Shown: one piece after another, positions 1 through 8,868 of the stretch | Position numbering within the stretch: the first letter of the stretch is position 1 | How the letters are laid out: every line of letters begins with the position of its first letter | IMG/VR virus record: IMGVR_UViG_3300020203_000404 | Span: 1-64,000 of that record | Direction: 5' to 3' (one strand) | DNA length: 64,000 nt | DNA from: a virus | Position numbers and translations under genes: made by a program | The notes under the pieces: model-generated | Databases searched by the model: none | Told to the model about the DNA's origin: nothing | Seen by the model: the letters and a program-made list of their open reading frames with translations, nothing else

Positions 1-21
1 TCAACCGTCGGCTCAAAGTGA
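1..21 (+). CDS. 3' end of another hexapeptide-repeat gene (..STVGSK*), truncated by the window start
   Basis: tca acc gtc ggc tca aag tga is the same C-terminal cap as the downstream paralogs and is followed by the same promoter spacer. Confidence 0.8.
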   Translation, partial: STVGSK

Positions 22-28
22 TTTTTGC

Positions 29-56
29 TTGACAGACCGCGAGAATGATGTATCAT
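29..56 (+). promoter_or_regulatory. sigma70-like promoter TTGACA-N16-TATCAT, 6 nt upstream of ATG (leaderless). Copies at 406, 963, 1394, 2167, 5214, 5861, 6346, 12884
   Basis: Near-identical 41-bp spacer between tandem paralogs; the copies at 5214 and 6346 have a perfect TATAAT; no SD sequence between -10 and ATG. Confidence 0.8.
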
Positions 57-62
57 TAAAAC

Positions 63-398
63 ATGAAAACCATCACGCACACGAACCCGAACGGCAAGAC
101 CGTTCAAGTCAACGTCGGCGAGAACGTGACCATCGGCAAGAACGTGACCATCGCCAAGAACGTGACCATCGCCAAGAATTCGACTATCGGCGTCGGATCG
201 TACTGCGGCGTCGGATCGACCATCGGCGAGAACGTGACCATCGGCGAGAACGTGACCATCGCCAAGAACCCGTACATCAGCCGGGGTTCGACCGTCGGCG
301 ACGGCTCGTACATCGGCGAGGGTTCGCACATCGGCGAGAACGTGACCATCGACCGGGACGCGACCATCGCCCCCGGCTCAGCCGTCGGCTCAAAGTGA
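63..398 (+). CDS. left-handed beta-helix (hexapeptide repeat) protein, 111 aa
   Basis: Constant leader MKTITHTNPNGKTVQVNV, then uninterrupted [IV]-G-x-x-[VAS]-x repeats. Confidence 0.9.
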   Translation: MKTITHTNPNGKTVQVNVGENVTIGKNVTIAKNVTIAKNSTIGVGSYCGVGSTIGENVTIGENVTIAKNPYISRGSTVGDGSYIGEGSHIGENVTIDRDATIAPGSAVGSK

Positions 399-439
399 TT
401 TTTGCTTGACAGACCGCGAGAATGATGTATCATTAAAAC

Positions 440-955
440 ATGAAAACCATCACGCACACGAACCCGAACGGCAAGACCGTTCAAGTCAACGTCGGCGAGC
501 ACGTGACCATCGGCCCGCACGCGACAATCGGCGATGACTCGACCATCGGCCCGCACTCGACAATCGGCGAGCACGCGAACATCGGCGAGGACTCGTACAT
601 CGGCGAGAACGTGACCATCGACGAGAACGCGATCGTCGGCGACGGCTCGTACATCGGCCCGCACTCGACCATCGGCGAGAACGCGACCATCGGCAAGAAC
701 GCGATCGTCAGCAAGAACTCGTACATCGGTGACGGCTCGTACATCGGCAAGGGCTCGAACATCTGCAAGAACGTGACCATCGTCTCGCACTCGACCATCG
801 GCAAGAACGTGACCATCGGCTCGTACTCGACTATCGGCTCGTACTCGACCATCGGCCAGAACGCGATCATCGGCGAGAACTCGTACATCGGCTGGAACGT
901 GACCATCGACGAGAACGCGACCATCGCCCCCGGCTCAATCGTCGGCTCAAAGTGA
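440..955 (+). CDS. left-handed beta-helix protein, 171 aa
   Basis: Same leader, hexapeptide repeats and GSK cap; own promoter. Confidence 0.9.
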   Translation: MKTITHTNPNGKTVQVNVGEHVTIGPHATIGDDSTIGPHSTIGEHANIGEDSYIGENVTIDENAIVGDGSYIGPHSTIGENATIGKNAIVSKNSYIGDGSYIGKGSNICKNVTIVSHSTIGKNVTIGSYSTIGSYSTIGQNAIIGENSYIGWNVTIDENATIAPGSIVGSK

Positions 956-996
956 TTTTTGTTTGACAGACCGCGAGAATGATGTATCATTAAAAC

Positions 997-1386
997 ATGA
1001 AAACCATCACGCACACGAACCCGAACGGCAAGACCGTTCAAGTCAACGTCGGCGAGAACGTGACCATCGACAAGAACGTGACCATCGGCGAGAACGTGAC
1101 CATCGGCAAGCACGCGAACATCGGCAAGCACGCGAACATCGGCGAGGATTCGTACATCGACGAGCACGTGACAATCGGCGAGCACGCGACCATCGGCGAG
1201 CACGCGACCATCGGCGAGCACGCGACCATCGGCGAATACGTGCTCATCTACGAGAACGTGACCATCGGCTGGAACGTGACCATCGACGAGAACGCGAACA
1301 TCGGCTGGAACGTGACCATCGACGAGAACGCGATCATCGACGAGAACGCGATCATCGCCCCCTGCTCAACCGTCGGCTCAAAGTGA
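997..1386 (+). CDS. left-handed beta-helix protein, 129 aa
   Basis: Same leader, hexapeptide repeats and GSK cap; own promoter. Confidence 0.9.
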   Translation: MKTITHTNPNGKTVQVNVGENVTIDKNVTIGENVTIGKHANIGKHANIGEDSYIDEHVTIGEHATIGEHATIGEHATIGEYVLIYENVTIGWNVTIDENANIGWNVTIDENAIIDENAIIAPCSTVGSK

Positions 1387-1427
1387 TTTTTGCTTGACGG
1401 GCCGCGAGAATGATGTATCATTGAAGC

Positions 1428-2159
1428 ATGAAAACCATCACGCACACGAACCCGAACGGCAAGACCGTTCAAGTCAACGTCGGCGAGCACGTGACCATCG
1501 GCGAGCACGTGACCATCGGCGAGCACGCGACCATCGGCGAGGACTCGTACATCGGCTCGTACGCGACCATCGGCTCGTACGCGACCATCGGCGAGAACGT
1601 GACCATCGGCTCGTACTCGACCATCGGCGAGAACGTGACCATCGGCTCGTACTCGACCATCGGCGAGCACGCGACCATCGGCAAGAACGCGATCGTCAGC
1701 AAGAACTCGTACATCGGCCGGAGTTCGAACATCGGCGAGGACTCGTACATCGGCGAGTGCTCGTACATCGGCAGGAACGCGACCATCGGCAGGAACGCGA
1801 CCATCGGCCCGCACTCGACCATCGGCAGGAACGCGACCATCGGCGAATACGCGAACATCGTCGATGGTTCGCACGTCGGCTCGTACTCGACCATCGGCGA
1901 GAACGTGACCATCGGCGAGGACTCGTACATCGGCGAGAACGCGACCATCGGCAGGAACGCGATCATCGGCAAGAACGCGATCATCGGCAAGAACGCGATC
2001 ATCGGCAAGAACGCGATCATCGGCTCGTACTCGACCATCGGCGAGCACGTGACAATCGGCGAGAACGTGACCATCGGCTGGAACGTGACCATCGACGAGA
2101 ACGCGATCATCGACGAGAACGCGATCATCGCCCCCGGCTCAATCGTCGGCTCAAAGTGA
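1428..2159 (+). CDS. left-handed beta-helix protein, 243 aa
   Basis: Same leader, hexapeptide repeats and GSK cap; own promoter. Confidence 0.9.
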   Translation: MKTITHTNPNGKTVQVNVGEHVTIGEHVTIGEHATIGEDSYIGSYATIGSYATIGENVTIGSYSTIGENVTIGSYSTIGEHATIGKNAIVSKNSYIGRSSNIGEDSYIGECSYIGRNATIGRNATIGPHSTIGRNATIGEYANIVDGSHVGSYSTIGENVTIGEDSYIGENATIGRNAIIGKNAIIGKNAIIGKNAIIGSYSTIGEHVTIGENVTIGWNVTIDENAIIDENAIIAPGSIVGSK

Positions 2160-2200
2160 TTTTTGCTTGACAGACCGCGAGAATGATGTATCATTGAAAT

Positions 2201-2629
2201 ATGAGTACCATCACACATGTGAACCCGAACGGCGAAACCGTTCAAGTCAGCGTCGGCGAGAACGTGACCATCGGCGAGAACGTGACCATCGGCAAGAACG
2301 CGATCATCGGCAAGAACGCGATCATCGGCAAGAACGTGACCATCGGCTGGAACGTGACCATCGGCTGGAACGTGACCATCGGCGAGAACGCGATCGTCAG
2401 CAAGAACGCGATCGTCAGCAAGAACGCGAACATCGGCGAGAACGCGAACATCGGCTCGTACTCGATCATCTGCCCGAACGCGATCATCGGCCAGAACGCG
2501 ATCATCGGCGAGAACTCGTACATCGGCTGGAACGTGACCATCGGCTCGTACTCGACCATCGGCGAGAACGCGATCATCGGCTATGGCGTAACCATCGACG
2601 AGGGCTCGACCATCGGCCCAGACGCCTGA
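2201..2629 (+). CDS. left-handed beta-helix protein, 142 aa (array-terminal type, ends IGPDA)
   Basis: MSTITHVNP leader; followed by arm A of the hairpin element. Confidence 0.9.
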   Translation: MSTITHVNPNGETVQVSVGENVTIGENVTIGKNAIIGKNAIIGKNVTIGWNVTIGWNVTIGENAIVSKNAIVSKNANIGENANIGSYSIICPNAIIGQNAIIGENSYIGWNVTIGSYSTIGENAIIGYGVTIDEGSTIGPDA

Positions 2630-2836
2630 GGGGCGACGGGGCGGCCCACGGGCTCGCCCCTTGCACGCTAAAAAAACGTGCATAGCTTAGGGCTCTGGTC
2701 TTCGCCTAGATCCAAGGGACGCGATCCTGTGCCCCCTCTATTCTTTTTCAAGATTCTACTAGCCTTTCCTTGAAAATGAGGTAATCTAATGGTGTCCACA
2801 GTGGACATCCGAAACAGCAACAGAAAGCACAACATC

Positions 2837-3028
2837 ATGTCGAACAGTACCGAAGTCAAGCGTGGCCGTGGTCGTCCCAAGTCTTTCCCGAATGCCGAGA
2901 CGCGAATGGCGGGTTTCAACCTGCCGGTCGCTACGCTAGAGAAGATCGTCGCGGCGGCTGCCAAGCGTGGCACCAACCAGAACACCCTTCTGGATCGTGC
3001 GGTGAATGCTTACCTCCGCAAGAGCTGA
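2837..3028 (+). CDS. AT-hook plus ribbon-helix-helix DNA-binding protein
   Basis: KRGRGRPK AT-hook, then GFNLPVATLEKIVAAAAKRGTNQNTLLDRAVNAYL matching the CopG/Arc pattern. Confidence 0.7.
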   Translation: MSNSTEVKRGRGRPKSFPNAETRMAGFNLPVATLEKIVAAAAKRGTNQNTLLDRAVNAYLRKS

Positions 3029-3057
3029 GTCGCGGACGGGTCCGTGAGTACTGGAAA

Positions 3058-3092
3058 AGGCTAGGGAGAAATCCCTGGCCTCTTCCTTTTTC
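3058..3092 (+). terminator. probable intrinsic terminator
   Basis: aggctaggga-gaaa-tccctggcct hairpin followed by a pyrimidine/T tract. Confidence 0.55.
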
Positions 3093-3109
3093 TGGGGTAC
3101 TATTCTCAC

Positions 3110-3463
3110 ATGCAAGTCAAAGTCTACTTCAATCTACACAAGCGAACGTGGTCTATTCTGCACAAGACTCCGAAGGGGTGGCGGCTGTGGGGTCACTCGC
3201 CGCGTGTGACGCTGGCAGGCGTGACGTGGAAGGTGAGCGAAGCGGGCCGTCAGCGTGTTCTTCGGGAGCGTCGCAAGAACGTCCACGCCTTCGGCATCGG
3301 TATCCTGCTCGACAATGAGAACGCTCCCGAAGGGGAGTTTCTGCCGGTGAAGTACAATCCCTACGAATCGGGTTTCTTTTGCGTGAACGGTACGCCTGTA
3401 CACGCAAGCCGGTTTGCAGTGTTCACGCCCGAAAGACGTGTTTTTGCTTGCCTAAATCCCTGA
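3110..3463 (+). CDS. conserved phage hypothetical protein
   Basis: VYFNLHK...VSEAGRQRVLRERRKNVHAF motif, recalled as common in phages; TACTAT -10 lies 6 nt upstream. Confidence 0.75.
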   Translation: MQVKVYFNLHKRTWSILHKTPKGWRLWGHSPRVTLAGVTWKVSEAGRQRVLRERRKNVHAFGIGILLDNENAPEGEFLPVKYNPYESGFFCVNGTPVHASRFAVFTPERRVFACLNP

Positions 3464-3481
3464 GGAAGATATACTGAGATA

Positions 3482-3778
3482 ATGAAGTACAGAATCGTCA
3501 AGCACGACAAGCTCAACTGGGCCATTCAAGAGTACCAAGAAGGTGGGGGGGAAATCTCTCGCGGTCCCTACGCCGGTCAGGCGATGCAAGAGAAGTGGAA
3601 GCCCGCCAAGGCGTTCTACCCTTCGCTGCAACGTGCAGCCCTGAACTTGCTCGACATGGCAGCGGGTGATACACTGGAAGCGGGCGAGGCTCAGGGCATC
3701 TTGGATGCCCTCAGGATCGCGGAAACGAGAGTCTTGGAAACGTTACGGGCTATGACACCCGAAGAGGTCGCACGATGA
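3482..3778 (+). CDS. hypothetical protein
   Basis: ORF preceded by TTGCCT-N16-TATACT (3448-3475), leaderless. Confidence 0.75.
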   Translation: MKYRIVKHDKLNWAIQEYQEGGGEISRGPYAGQAMQEKWKPAKAFYPSLQRAALNLLDMAAGDTLEAGEAQGILDALRIAETRVLETLRAMTPEEVAR

Positions 3779-4026
3779 GGTATCGCATCAATTGGACGGA
3801 ATCGGTAGGCTATTCTATCTACGTTCAGGCTGACTCGAAAGAAGAGGCGTTGACGAAGTTCCACGAGGGTGGTTACGAGGCCGACATGTCGCGTGCGTTC
3901 GAGAGTTTCTGCGAAATGCAGGAAGACGCGGAGGCCGAGGAATGCGACGGCTGCAACGGCACCGGCACCACGGGCGGCGGCCCTCCCGGTTCGGCCAGTC
4001 CGTGTGACTGCTGCAACGGTGCGTAA
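3775..4026 (+). CDS. small protein with DnaJ-like CxxCxGxG zinc-finger motifs
   Basis: CDGCNGTG...CDCCNG; ATGA overlap with the upstream gene; paralog at 13468. Confidence 0.7.
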   Translation: MRYRINWTESVGYSIYVQADSKEEALTKFHEGGYEADMSRAFESFCEMQEDAEAEECDGCNGTGTTGGGPPGSASPCDCCNGA

Positions 4027-4156
4027 CATTCTCTTGACTGCGTGCCATTGTCGCTATATGATAATAGCACTATGGCACGCAAGAAGCACGATCTGCCCAA
4101 GGCTGTTCAGGACATAGCCGCAAAACCCGTTTCAAGGACCGCAAGAGGCAACAACA

Positions 4157-4357
4157 ATGAATGAGCGTGTTATCAATTTGCAATTCGACTCTGTCTGCGT
4201 CATCACAACTGAGCAATACGACGCTATCAAGCGTGATCTTGAAATACGTATAATGGTGGACAGTGCTCAGCCGGGGGACCATATCTTGGCACGGCTGTTA
4301 ATCAACGCGGAATATCGCTACCATGAAATCAAGATGCTAGAGAATGTCGTTGACTGA
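4157..4357 (+). CDS. hypothetical protein
   Basis: 66-aa ORF whose stop overlaps the next promoter. Confidence 0.55.
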   Translation: MNERVINLQFDSVCVITTEQYDAIKRDLEIRIMVDSAQPGDHILARLLINAEYRYHEIKMLENVVD

Positions 4358-4378
4358 TAGCATTTTATGCGATAGAAT
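4350..4378 (+). promoter_or_regulatory. promoter TTGACT-N17-TAGAAT; second copy at 4617-4645
   Basis: Near-identical direct repeat ttgactgatagcat(t/g)ttatgcgatagaataaa in front of ATGs at 4384 and 4654. Confidence 0.75.
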
Positions 4379-4383
4379 AAAGC

Positions 4384-4620
4384 ATGAAGAACACAATCGA
4401 AAACCAGTGGCGATGGATGGACAGGCTCAAAGCGGGCACGAAGATCGTCACCAAGGGAGATACTTGGATTCTTCCCAAGTGGAAGAATAATCACCTTGGC
4501 ATCAAGTACGCCGAAAGCGTCTTCATCAACGTCAGCACGGGAGACCTGAAACACTATTCTAGGCTCACAGACTTGGAAAAGCCGCCCCGCATTGAGGGCC
4601 ACAGTTCGGTTTTCATTTGA
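4384..4620 (+). CDS. hypothetical protein
   Basis: Leaderless ORF bracketed by the duplicated promoter. Confidence 0.7.
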   Translation: MKNTIENQWRWMDRLKAGTKIVTKGDTWILPKWKNNHLGIKYAESVFINVSTGDLKHYSRLTDLEKPPRIEGHSSVFI

Positions 4621-4726
4621 CTGATAGCATGTTATGCGATAGAATAAAACATCATGAACACACAAACGACCGAAGTCTACAAGGATTGCTTGGGTTGCAA
4701 GTACTGTAATGATGTATCATCGAAAT

Positions 4727-5206
4727 ATGAGTACCATCACGCACACGAACCCGAACGGCAAGACCGTTCAAGTCAACGTCGGCGAGAACGTGACCATCGG
4801 CGAATACGTGCTCATCTGCGAGAACGCGACCATCGGCTCGCACTCGACCATCGGCTCGCACTCGACCATCGGCAGGAACGCGACCATCGGCTGGAACGCA
4901 ACCATCGGCGAGGACTCGTACATCGGCTCATACTCGATCATCGGCGAGAACGCAACCATCGGCTCGTACTCGTACATCGGCAAGTACGCGATCATCGGCA
5001 AGAACGCGACCATCGGCGAGAACGCGACCATCGGCGAGAACGCGACCATCGGCAAGAACGTGACCATCGGCTCGTACTCGACCGTCGGCAAGAACGCGAT
5101 CATCGGCGAGAACGCGAACATCGGCGAGAACTCGTACATCGTCCGGGACGCGATCGTCGGCCAGGACGCGACCATCGCCCACGGCTCAATCGTCGGCCTA
5201 AAGTGA
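4727..5206 (+). CDS. left-handed beta-helix protein, 159 aa
   Basis: Start placed at MSTITH by homology to the paralogs. Confidence 0.85.
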   Translation: MSTITHTNPNGKTVQVNVGENVTIGEYVLICENATIGSHSTIGSHSTIGRNATIGWNATIGEDSYIGSYSIIGENATIGSYSYIGKYAIIGKNATIGENATIGENATIGKNVTIGSYSTVGKNAIIGENANIGENSYIVRDAIVGQDATIAHGSIVGLK

Positions 5207-5247
5207 TTTTTGCTTGACGAGCCGCGAGAATAATGTATAATTGAAGC

Positions 5248-5853
5248 ATGAAAACCATCACGCACACGAACCCGAACGGCAAGACCGTTCAAGTCAGCGT
5301 CGGCGAGAACGTGACCATCGGCAAGAACGCGAACATCAGCTGGAACGTGACCATCGGCTCGTACTCGACCATCGGCAAGAACGCGAACATCAGCTGGAAC
5401 GTGACCATCGGCTCGCACTCGACCATCGGCGAGCACGCGACCATCGGCAAGAACGCGATCGTCAGCAAGAACTCGTACATCGGCCGGAGTTCGAACATCG
5501 GTGACGGCTCGTACATCGGCAAGGGCTCGAACATCGGCAAGAACGTGACCATCTGCAAGAACGTGACCATCGTCTCGCACTCGACCATCGGCAAGAACGT
5601 GACCATCGGCTCGTACTCGACTATCGGCGAGCACGCGAACATCAGCGAGAACGCGATCATCGACTATGGCGTAACCATCGGCTCGTACGTGACCATCGAC
5701 TTGTACTCGTACATCGGCTCGCACTCGACCATCAGCTGGAACGTGACCATCAGCTGGAACGTGACCATCGGCGAGAACGTGACCATCGGCGAGAACGTGA
5801 CCATCGACCGGGACGCGACCATCGCCCCCGGCTCAATCGTCGGCTCAAAGTGA
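5248..5853 (+). CDS. left-handed beta-helix protein, 201 aa
   Basis: Hexapeptide repeats, own promoter. Confidence 0.9.
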   Translation: MKTITHTNPNGKTVQVSVGENVTIGKNANISWNVTIGSYSTIGKNANISWNVTIGSHSTIGEHATIGKNAIVSKNSYIGRSSNIGDGSYIGKGSNIGKNVTICKNVTIVSHSTIGKNVTIGSYSTIGEHANISENAIIDYGVTIGSYVTIDLYSYIGSHSTISWNVTISWNVTIGENVTIGENVTIDRDATIAPGSIVGSK

Positions 5854-5894
5854 TTTTTGCTTGACAGACCGCGAGAATGATGTATCATTAAAAC

Positions 5895-6338
5895 ATGAAA
5901 ACCATCACGCACACGAACCCGAACGGCAAGACCGTTCAAGTCAGCGTCGGCGAGAACGTGACCATCGGCGAGAACGCGATCATCGGCGAGAACGTGACCA
6001 TCGGCGAGGACTCGTACATCGGCGAGAACGCGATCATCGGCCCGCACTCGACCATCGGCTCGCACTTGACTATCGGCAGGAACGCGACCATCGGCGAATA
6101 CGCGAACATCGTCGATGGTTCGCACGTCGGCTCGTACTCGACCATCGGCGAGAACGTGACCATCTACGAGAACGCGATCATCCGCGAGCACGCGACCATC
6201 GGCAAGAACGCGATCATCCGCGAGCACGCGAGCATCGGCAAGAACGCGACCATCGGCAAGAACTCGTACATCGTCCGGGACGCGATCGTCGGCCAGGACG
6301 CGACCATCGCCCCCGGCTCAATCGTCTGCTCAAAGTGA
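5895..6338 (+). CDS. left-handed beta-helix protein, 147 aa
   Basis: Hexapeptide repeats, own promoter. Confidence 0.9.
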   Translation: MKTITHTNPNGKTVQVSVGENVTIGENAIIGENVTIGEDSYIGENAIIGPHSTIGSHLTIGRNATIGEYANIVDGSHVGSYSTIGENVTIYENAIIREHATIGKNAIIREHASIGKNATIGKNSYIVRDAIVGQDATIAPGSIVCSK

Positions 6339-6379
6339 TTTTTGCTTGACAGACCGCGAGAATAATGTATAATTGAAGC

Positions 6380-6715
6380 ATGAAAACAATCAAATACACG
6401 AACCCGAACGGCAAGACCGTTCTGGTCAGCGTCGGCAAGAACGCGATCATCGGCAAGAACGCGATCATCGGCGAGAACGTGACCATCGGCGAATACGTGC
6501 TCATCTGCGAGAACGTGACCATCGGCTCGAACGCAACCATCGGCTATGGCGTAACCATCTGCGAGAACGCGACCATCGCCGACGGCTCAACCGTCGGCGA
6601 GCACGCGACCATCGGCGAGCACGCGACCATCGGTAAGGACTCGTACATCGGCGAGCACGTGACCATCGGCGTCGGTTCGAACATCGGCGAGGGCTCGACC
6701 ATCGGCTTCGAGTGA
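6380..6715 (+). CDS. left-handed beta-helix protein, 111 aa (ends IGFE)
   Basis: Hexapeptide repeats, own promoter. Confidence 0.9.
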   Translation: MKTIKYTNPNGKTVLVSVGKNAIIGKNAIIGENVTIGEYVLICENVTIGSNATIGYGVTICENATIADGSTVGEHATIGEHATIGKDSYIGEHVTIGVGSNIGEGSTIGFE

Positions 6716-6922
6716 CGCACGAGCTTGCCCTGTAGAGCCACACGCGGGTCTCGCGGTCTGTCAAGCCTTATTCGCAAGCATGGGGTCGATGGGGGGTCGT
6801 TTTAGACGGCCCTCTTTTTCTATTTCAAGCGTACTAGAAACGCATTTAAAATAATTCAGCGGTTCTGTCAAAACACTTACAGTACAAAGCTCGGCGATCT
6901 CTGGGATTTTCTTACACTTACT

Positions 6923-7010
6923 TACTGTCGAGCTAAAAATAACCGTGGCCGCCAGAACGGCAGCCGGAAAGATTTTCCTGCCAGAACGGCAGCCGGAAAG
7001 ATTTTCCTGC
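6923..7010. repeat. ~88-bp non-coding block with an internal 29-bp tandem duplication; second direct copy at 14555-14642
   Basis: gccagaacggcagccggaaagattttcct x2, containing the GGAAAnnTTTTCC palindrome. Confidence 0.9.
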
Positions 7011-7177
7011 TTGCCCCGTGGAGCCCTAGGGCGTTGCGTGCTGCTAGCACGCTCGCCCTAGATAGCTAAGCTAGGCACGTTTTTTTAGCGTGCAAGGGGC
7101 GAGCCCGTAGGCCGCCCCGCAGCCTTGTGCGTTACATGCCGGACGCCGCGACAATCACGACTAGGCCGGTTGCCACA
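7010..7177 (-). repeat. inverted remnant of the intergenic element plus the internally deleted 3' end of gene 9560-9802
   Basis: Reverse complement matches 9722-9870 with a ~36-nt internal deletion. Confidence 0.85.
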
Positions 7178-7290
7178 GCTTTTTCAAGTTACTATTCGCC
7201 CTAGTAAGATAGCACACTATCGTTAGAATGCAAGCTGAAAAAAAAAGATTATTCACCTCGTCTTCCTGTCATTCCGTGGTATCATAGGGC

Positions 7291-7923
7291 ATGAATAACG
7301 CGACAACGTCCAGCCTAATGAGTATCGTAGGGGGGCTTTCCAAGCCCTCCAAGATGCCGGGATTCGGCTACGGGCTTTCGGCTCTCGATTGCAAGGTTGG
7401 CCGCCTACTCCGCAAGGTAGAAGGTTCAACGTGCGGATCGTGCTACGCTTTGAAAGGTAGGTATTCCTTTCCGAATGTGAAAAAAGCACACGCCCGTCGT
7501 CTGGAAAGCCTTTCCAATCCGCATTGGGAGGCTGCCATGACGGAACTTATTTCCCGCAAGGCGAAAAAGGTTCCGTTCTTCCGCTGGCACGATTCTGGCG
7601 ATCTCCAGAGCGTGGAACACCTTTCCATGCTCGTTAGGATCGCGAAAAACCTTCCGCAAGTGTCATTCTGGATTCCAACACGCGAAAACGTGATGGTGAA
7701 ACAATTTCTGAATCAGGGTAACACGTTCCCGGACAATTTTACCGTTCGCGTGTCGGCTCCTATGATCGGTCGCACCCCGGAAAAGATTGCCGGAACGGTT
7801 GGCTCCAGCGTGGAAGATTCTTCCGCTTTTCAATGTCCCTCTCCCAAGCAAGGCAATTCTTGCCAGGAATGTCGTTCCTGCTGGAATGGAAAGGTCGAAA
7901 ACGTTTCCTACTCGAAACACTGA
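7291..7923 (+). CDS. GP88-like Cys-rich phage protein
   Basis: SKPSKMPG, C..CxxCYA.KG.Y, FRWHDSGDL and CxxCRxCW motifs recalled as typical of the gene product 88 family. Confidence 0.7.
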   Translation: MNNATTSSLMSIVGGLSKPSKMPGFGYGLSALDCKVGRLLRKVEGSTCGSCYALKGRYSFPNVKKAHARRLESLSNPHWEAAMTELISRKAKKVPFFRWHDSGDLQSVEHLSMLVRIAKNLPQVSFWIPTRENVMVKQFLNQGNTFPDNFTVRVSAPMIGRTPEKIAGTVGSSVEDSSAFQCPSPKQGNSCQECRSCWNGKVENVSYSKH

Positions 7924-8024
7924 TGAGGAATGTTCTTCCTACCTAATCGGAATCGTGCTATTTTTTCTCGGTGTCGCTCTACTGGGGCTCATCCTGAAAA
8001 ACTTTCGATCGTGAGCTAGCGGGC

Positions 8025-8203
8025 CGATACGCTAGCCTTCTCTGTACGGGCTGGAAACGGCCCGTCCCTGCATGTTAGACGCGAGCCTAAACCCTAAGCT
8101 ACGCGGGCGGGCGGAGAATCCGCCCTAGGCCCGCGTGGGGCCTCACGGGGCAGGCTCGACTTTTTGTTTTTTCCTCTTGCTTTTTCGAGCCTATAGGGTA
8201 TCA
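8025..8203 (+). repeat. modular intergenic element (arm B + bulged GC hairpin core + T-tract + promoter)
   Basis: Core ACGCGGGCGGGCGGAGAATCCGCCCTAGGCCCGCGT at 8101, 8760, 9451, 9872, 11670, 12071, 12612, 13321, 13874. Confidence 0.95.
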
Positions 8204-8264
8204 TATCAATGTCCAAAGCAATTCGCCCAGGACACCTTTCGACACCTCAACAGGACAAGGTATC

Positions 8265-8648
8265 ATGAATATCCCGACCGGTATTGAAGTCTCCCGCACG
8301 GAAGCCGCAACGCTCATTCGCAAGGCTCGTGGCATGGTTTCCGTGGTAGTTCGCAAGCGTTCGGACGGTTCGCTCCGTCGGATGAACGGTTTCGCCGCGT
8401 GCAATCTCAGCGACGCCGAACGGGCAGCAAACACGAACGGCACGGGAGCCGCGTTCGATCCGCTCGCCCATGATCTCATCCCATTCTACGAAATGGTTTC
8501 CCAGACGGTCAACGGTTTCCGCGTCGTGAACGGTAAGACGGTCGCCAGCAAGATCCGCCGCACGATCGGAAAGCAATTCCGGAACGTTGCGATCGAGGGT
8601 ATCCTGTCAATCCGCACGGCTGGAAAAACCTACACGGTCGCGGGCTGA
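8265..8648 (+). CDS. WYL-like / Sm-SH3 beta-barrel phage protein (DUF2693-like)
   Basis: VSVVVRKRSDGSLRRM...IPFYE...FRNV...I pattern. Confidence 0.5.
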   Translation: MNIPTGIEVSRTEAATLIRKARGMVSVVVRKRSDGSLRRMNGFAACNLSDAERAANTNGTGAAFDPLAHDLIPFYEMVSQTVNGFRVVNGKTVASKIRRTIGKQFRNVAIEGILSIRTAGKTYTVAG

Positions 8649-8684
8649 AAAGACTTCCGAGCGGCGACTAGGATTCGCCGCTCG

Positions 8685-8868
8685 GATACGCTAGCCTTCT
8701 CTGTACGGGCCTGAAACGGCCCGTCCCTGCATGCTAGACGCGAGCCTAAACCCTAAGCTACGCGGGCGGGCGGAGAATCCGCCCTAAGCCCGCGTGTGGC
8801 TTCACAAGGCAGGCTCGACTTTTTGTTTTTTCCTCTTGCTTTTTCGCACCGCTAGGGTATCCTAAGAC
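8685..8868 (+). repeat. intergenic element, arm B type, with promoter TTGCTT-N16-TATCCT
   Basis: Near-identical to 8025-8203. Confidence 0.95.

Noticed and set aside
4072-4164. 30-aa ORF MARKKHDLPK... after a promoter-like sequence
   Set aside because: Too short and without a recognisable motif to support
1-6715. CRISPR array
   Set aside because: The constant parts are a promoter and coding leader, the variable parts are in-frame coding repeats of hundreds of bp, and no cas genes are present
7930-8014. Hydrophobic peptide YLIGIVLFFLGVALLGLIL
   Set aside because: No nearby in-frame start codon; may be a remnant
8101-8136. N4-type virion RNA polymerase hairpin promoter (GAA triloop)
   Set aside because: The loop is closed by A-T, the hairpin is far from the start sites, and sigma70-type boxes already explain expression
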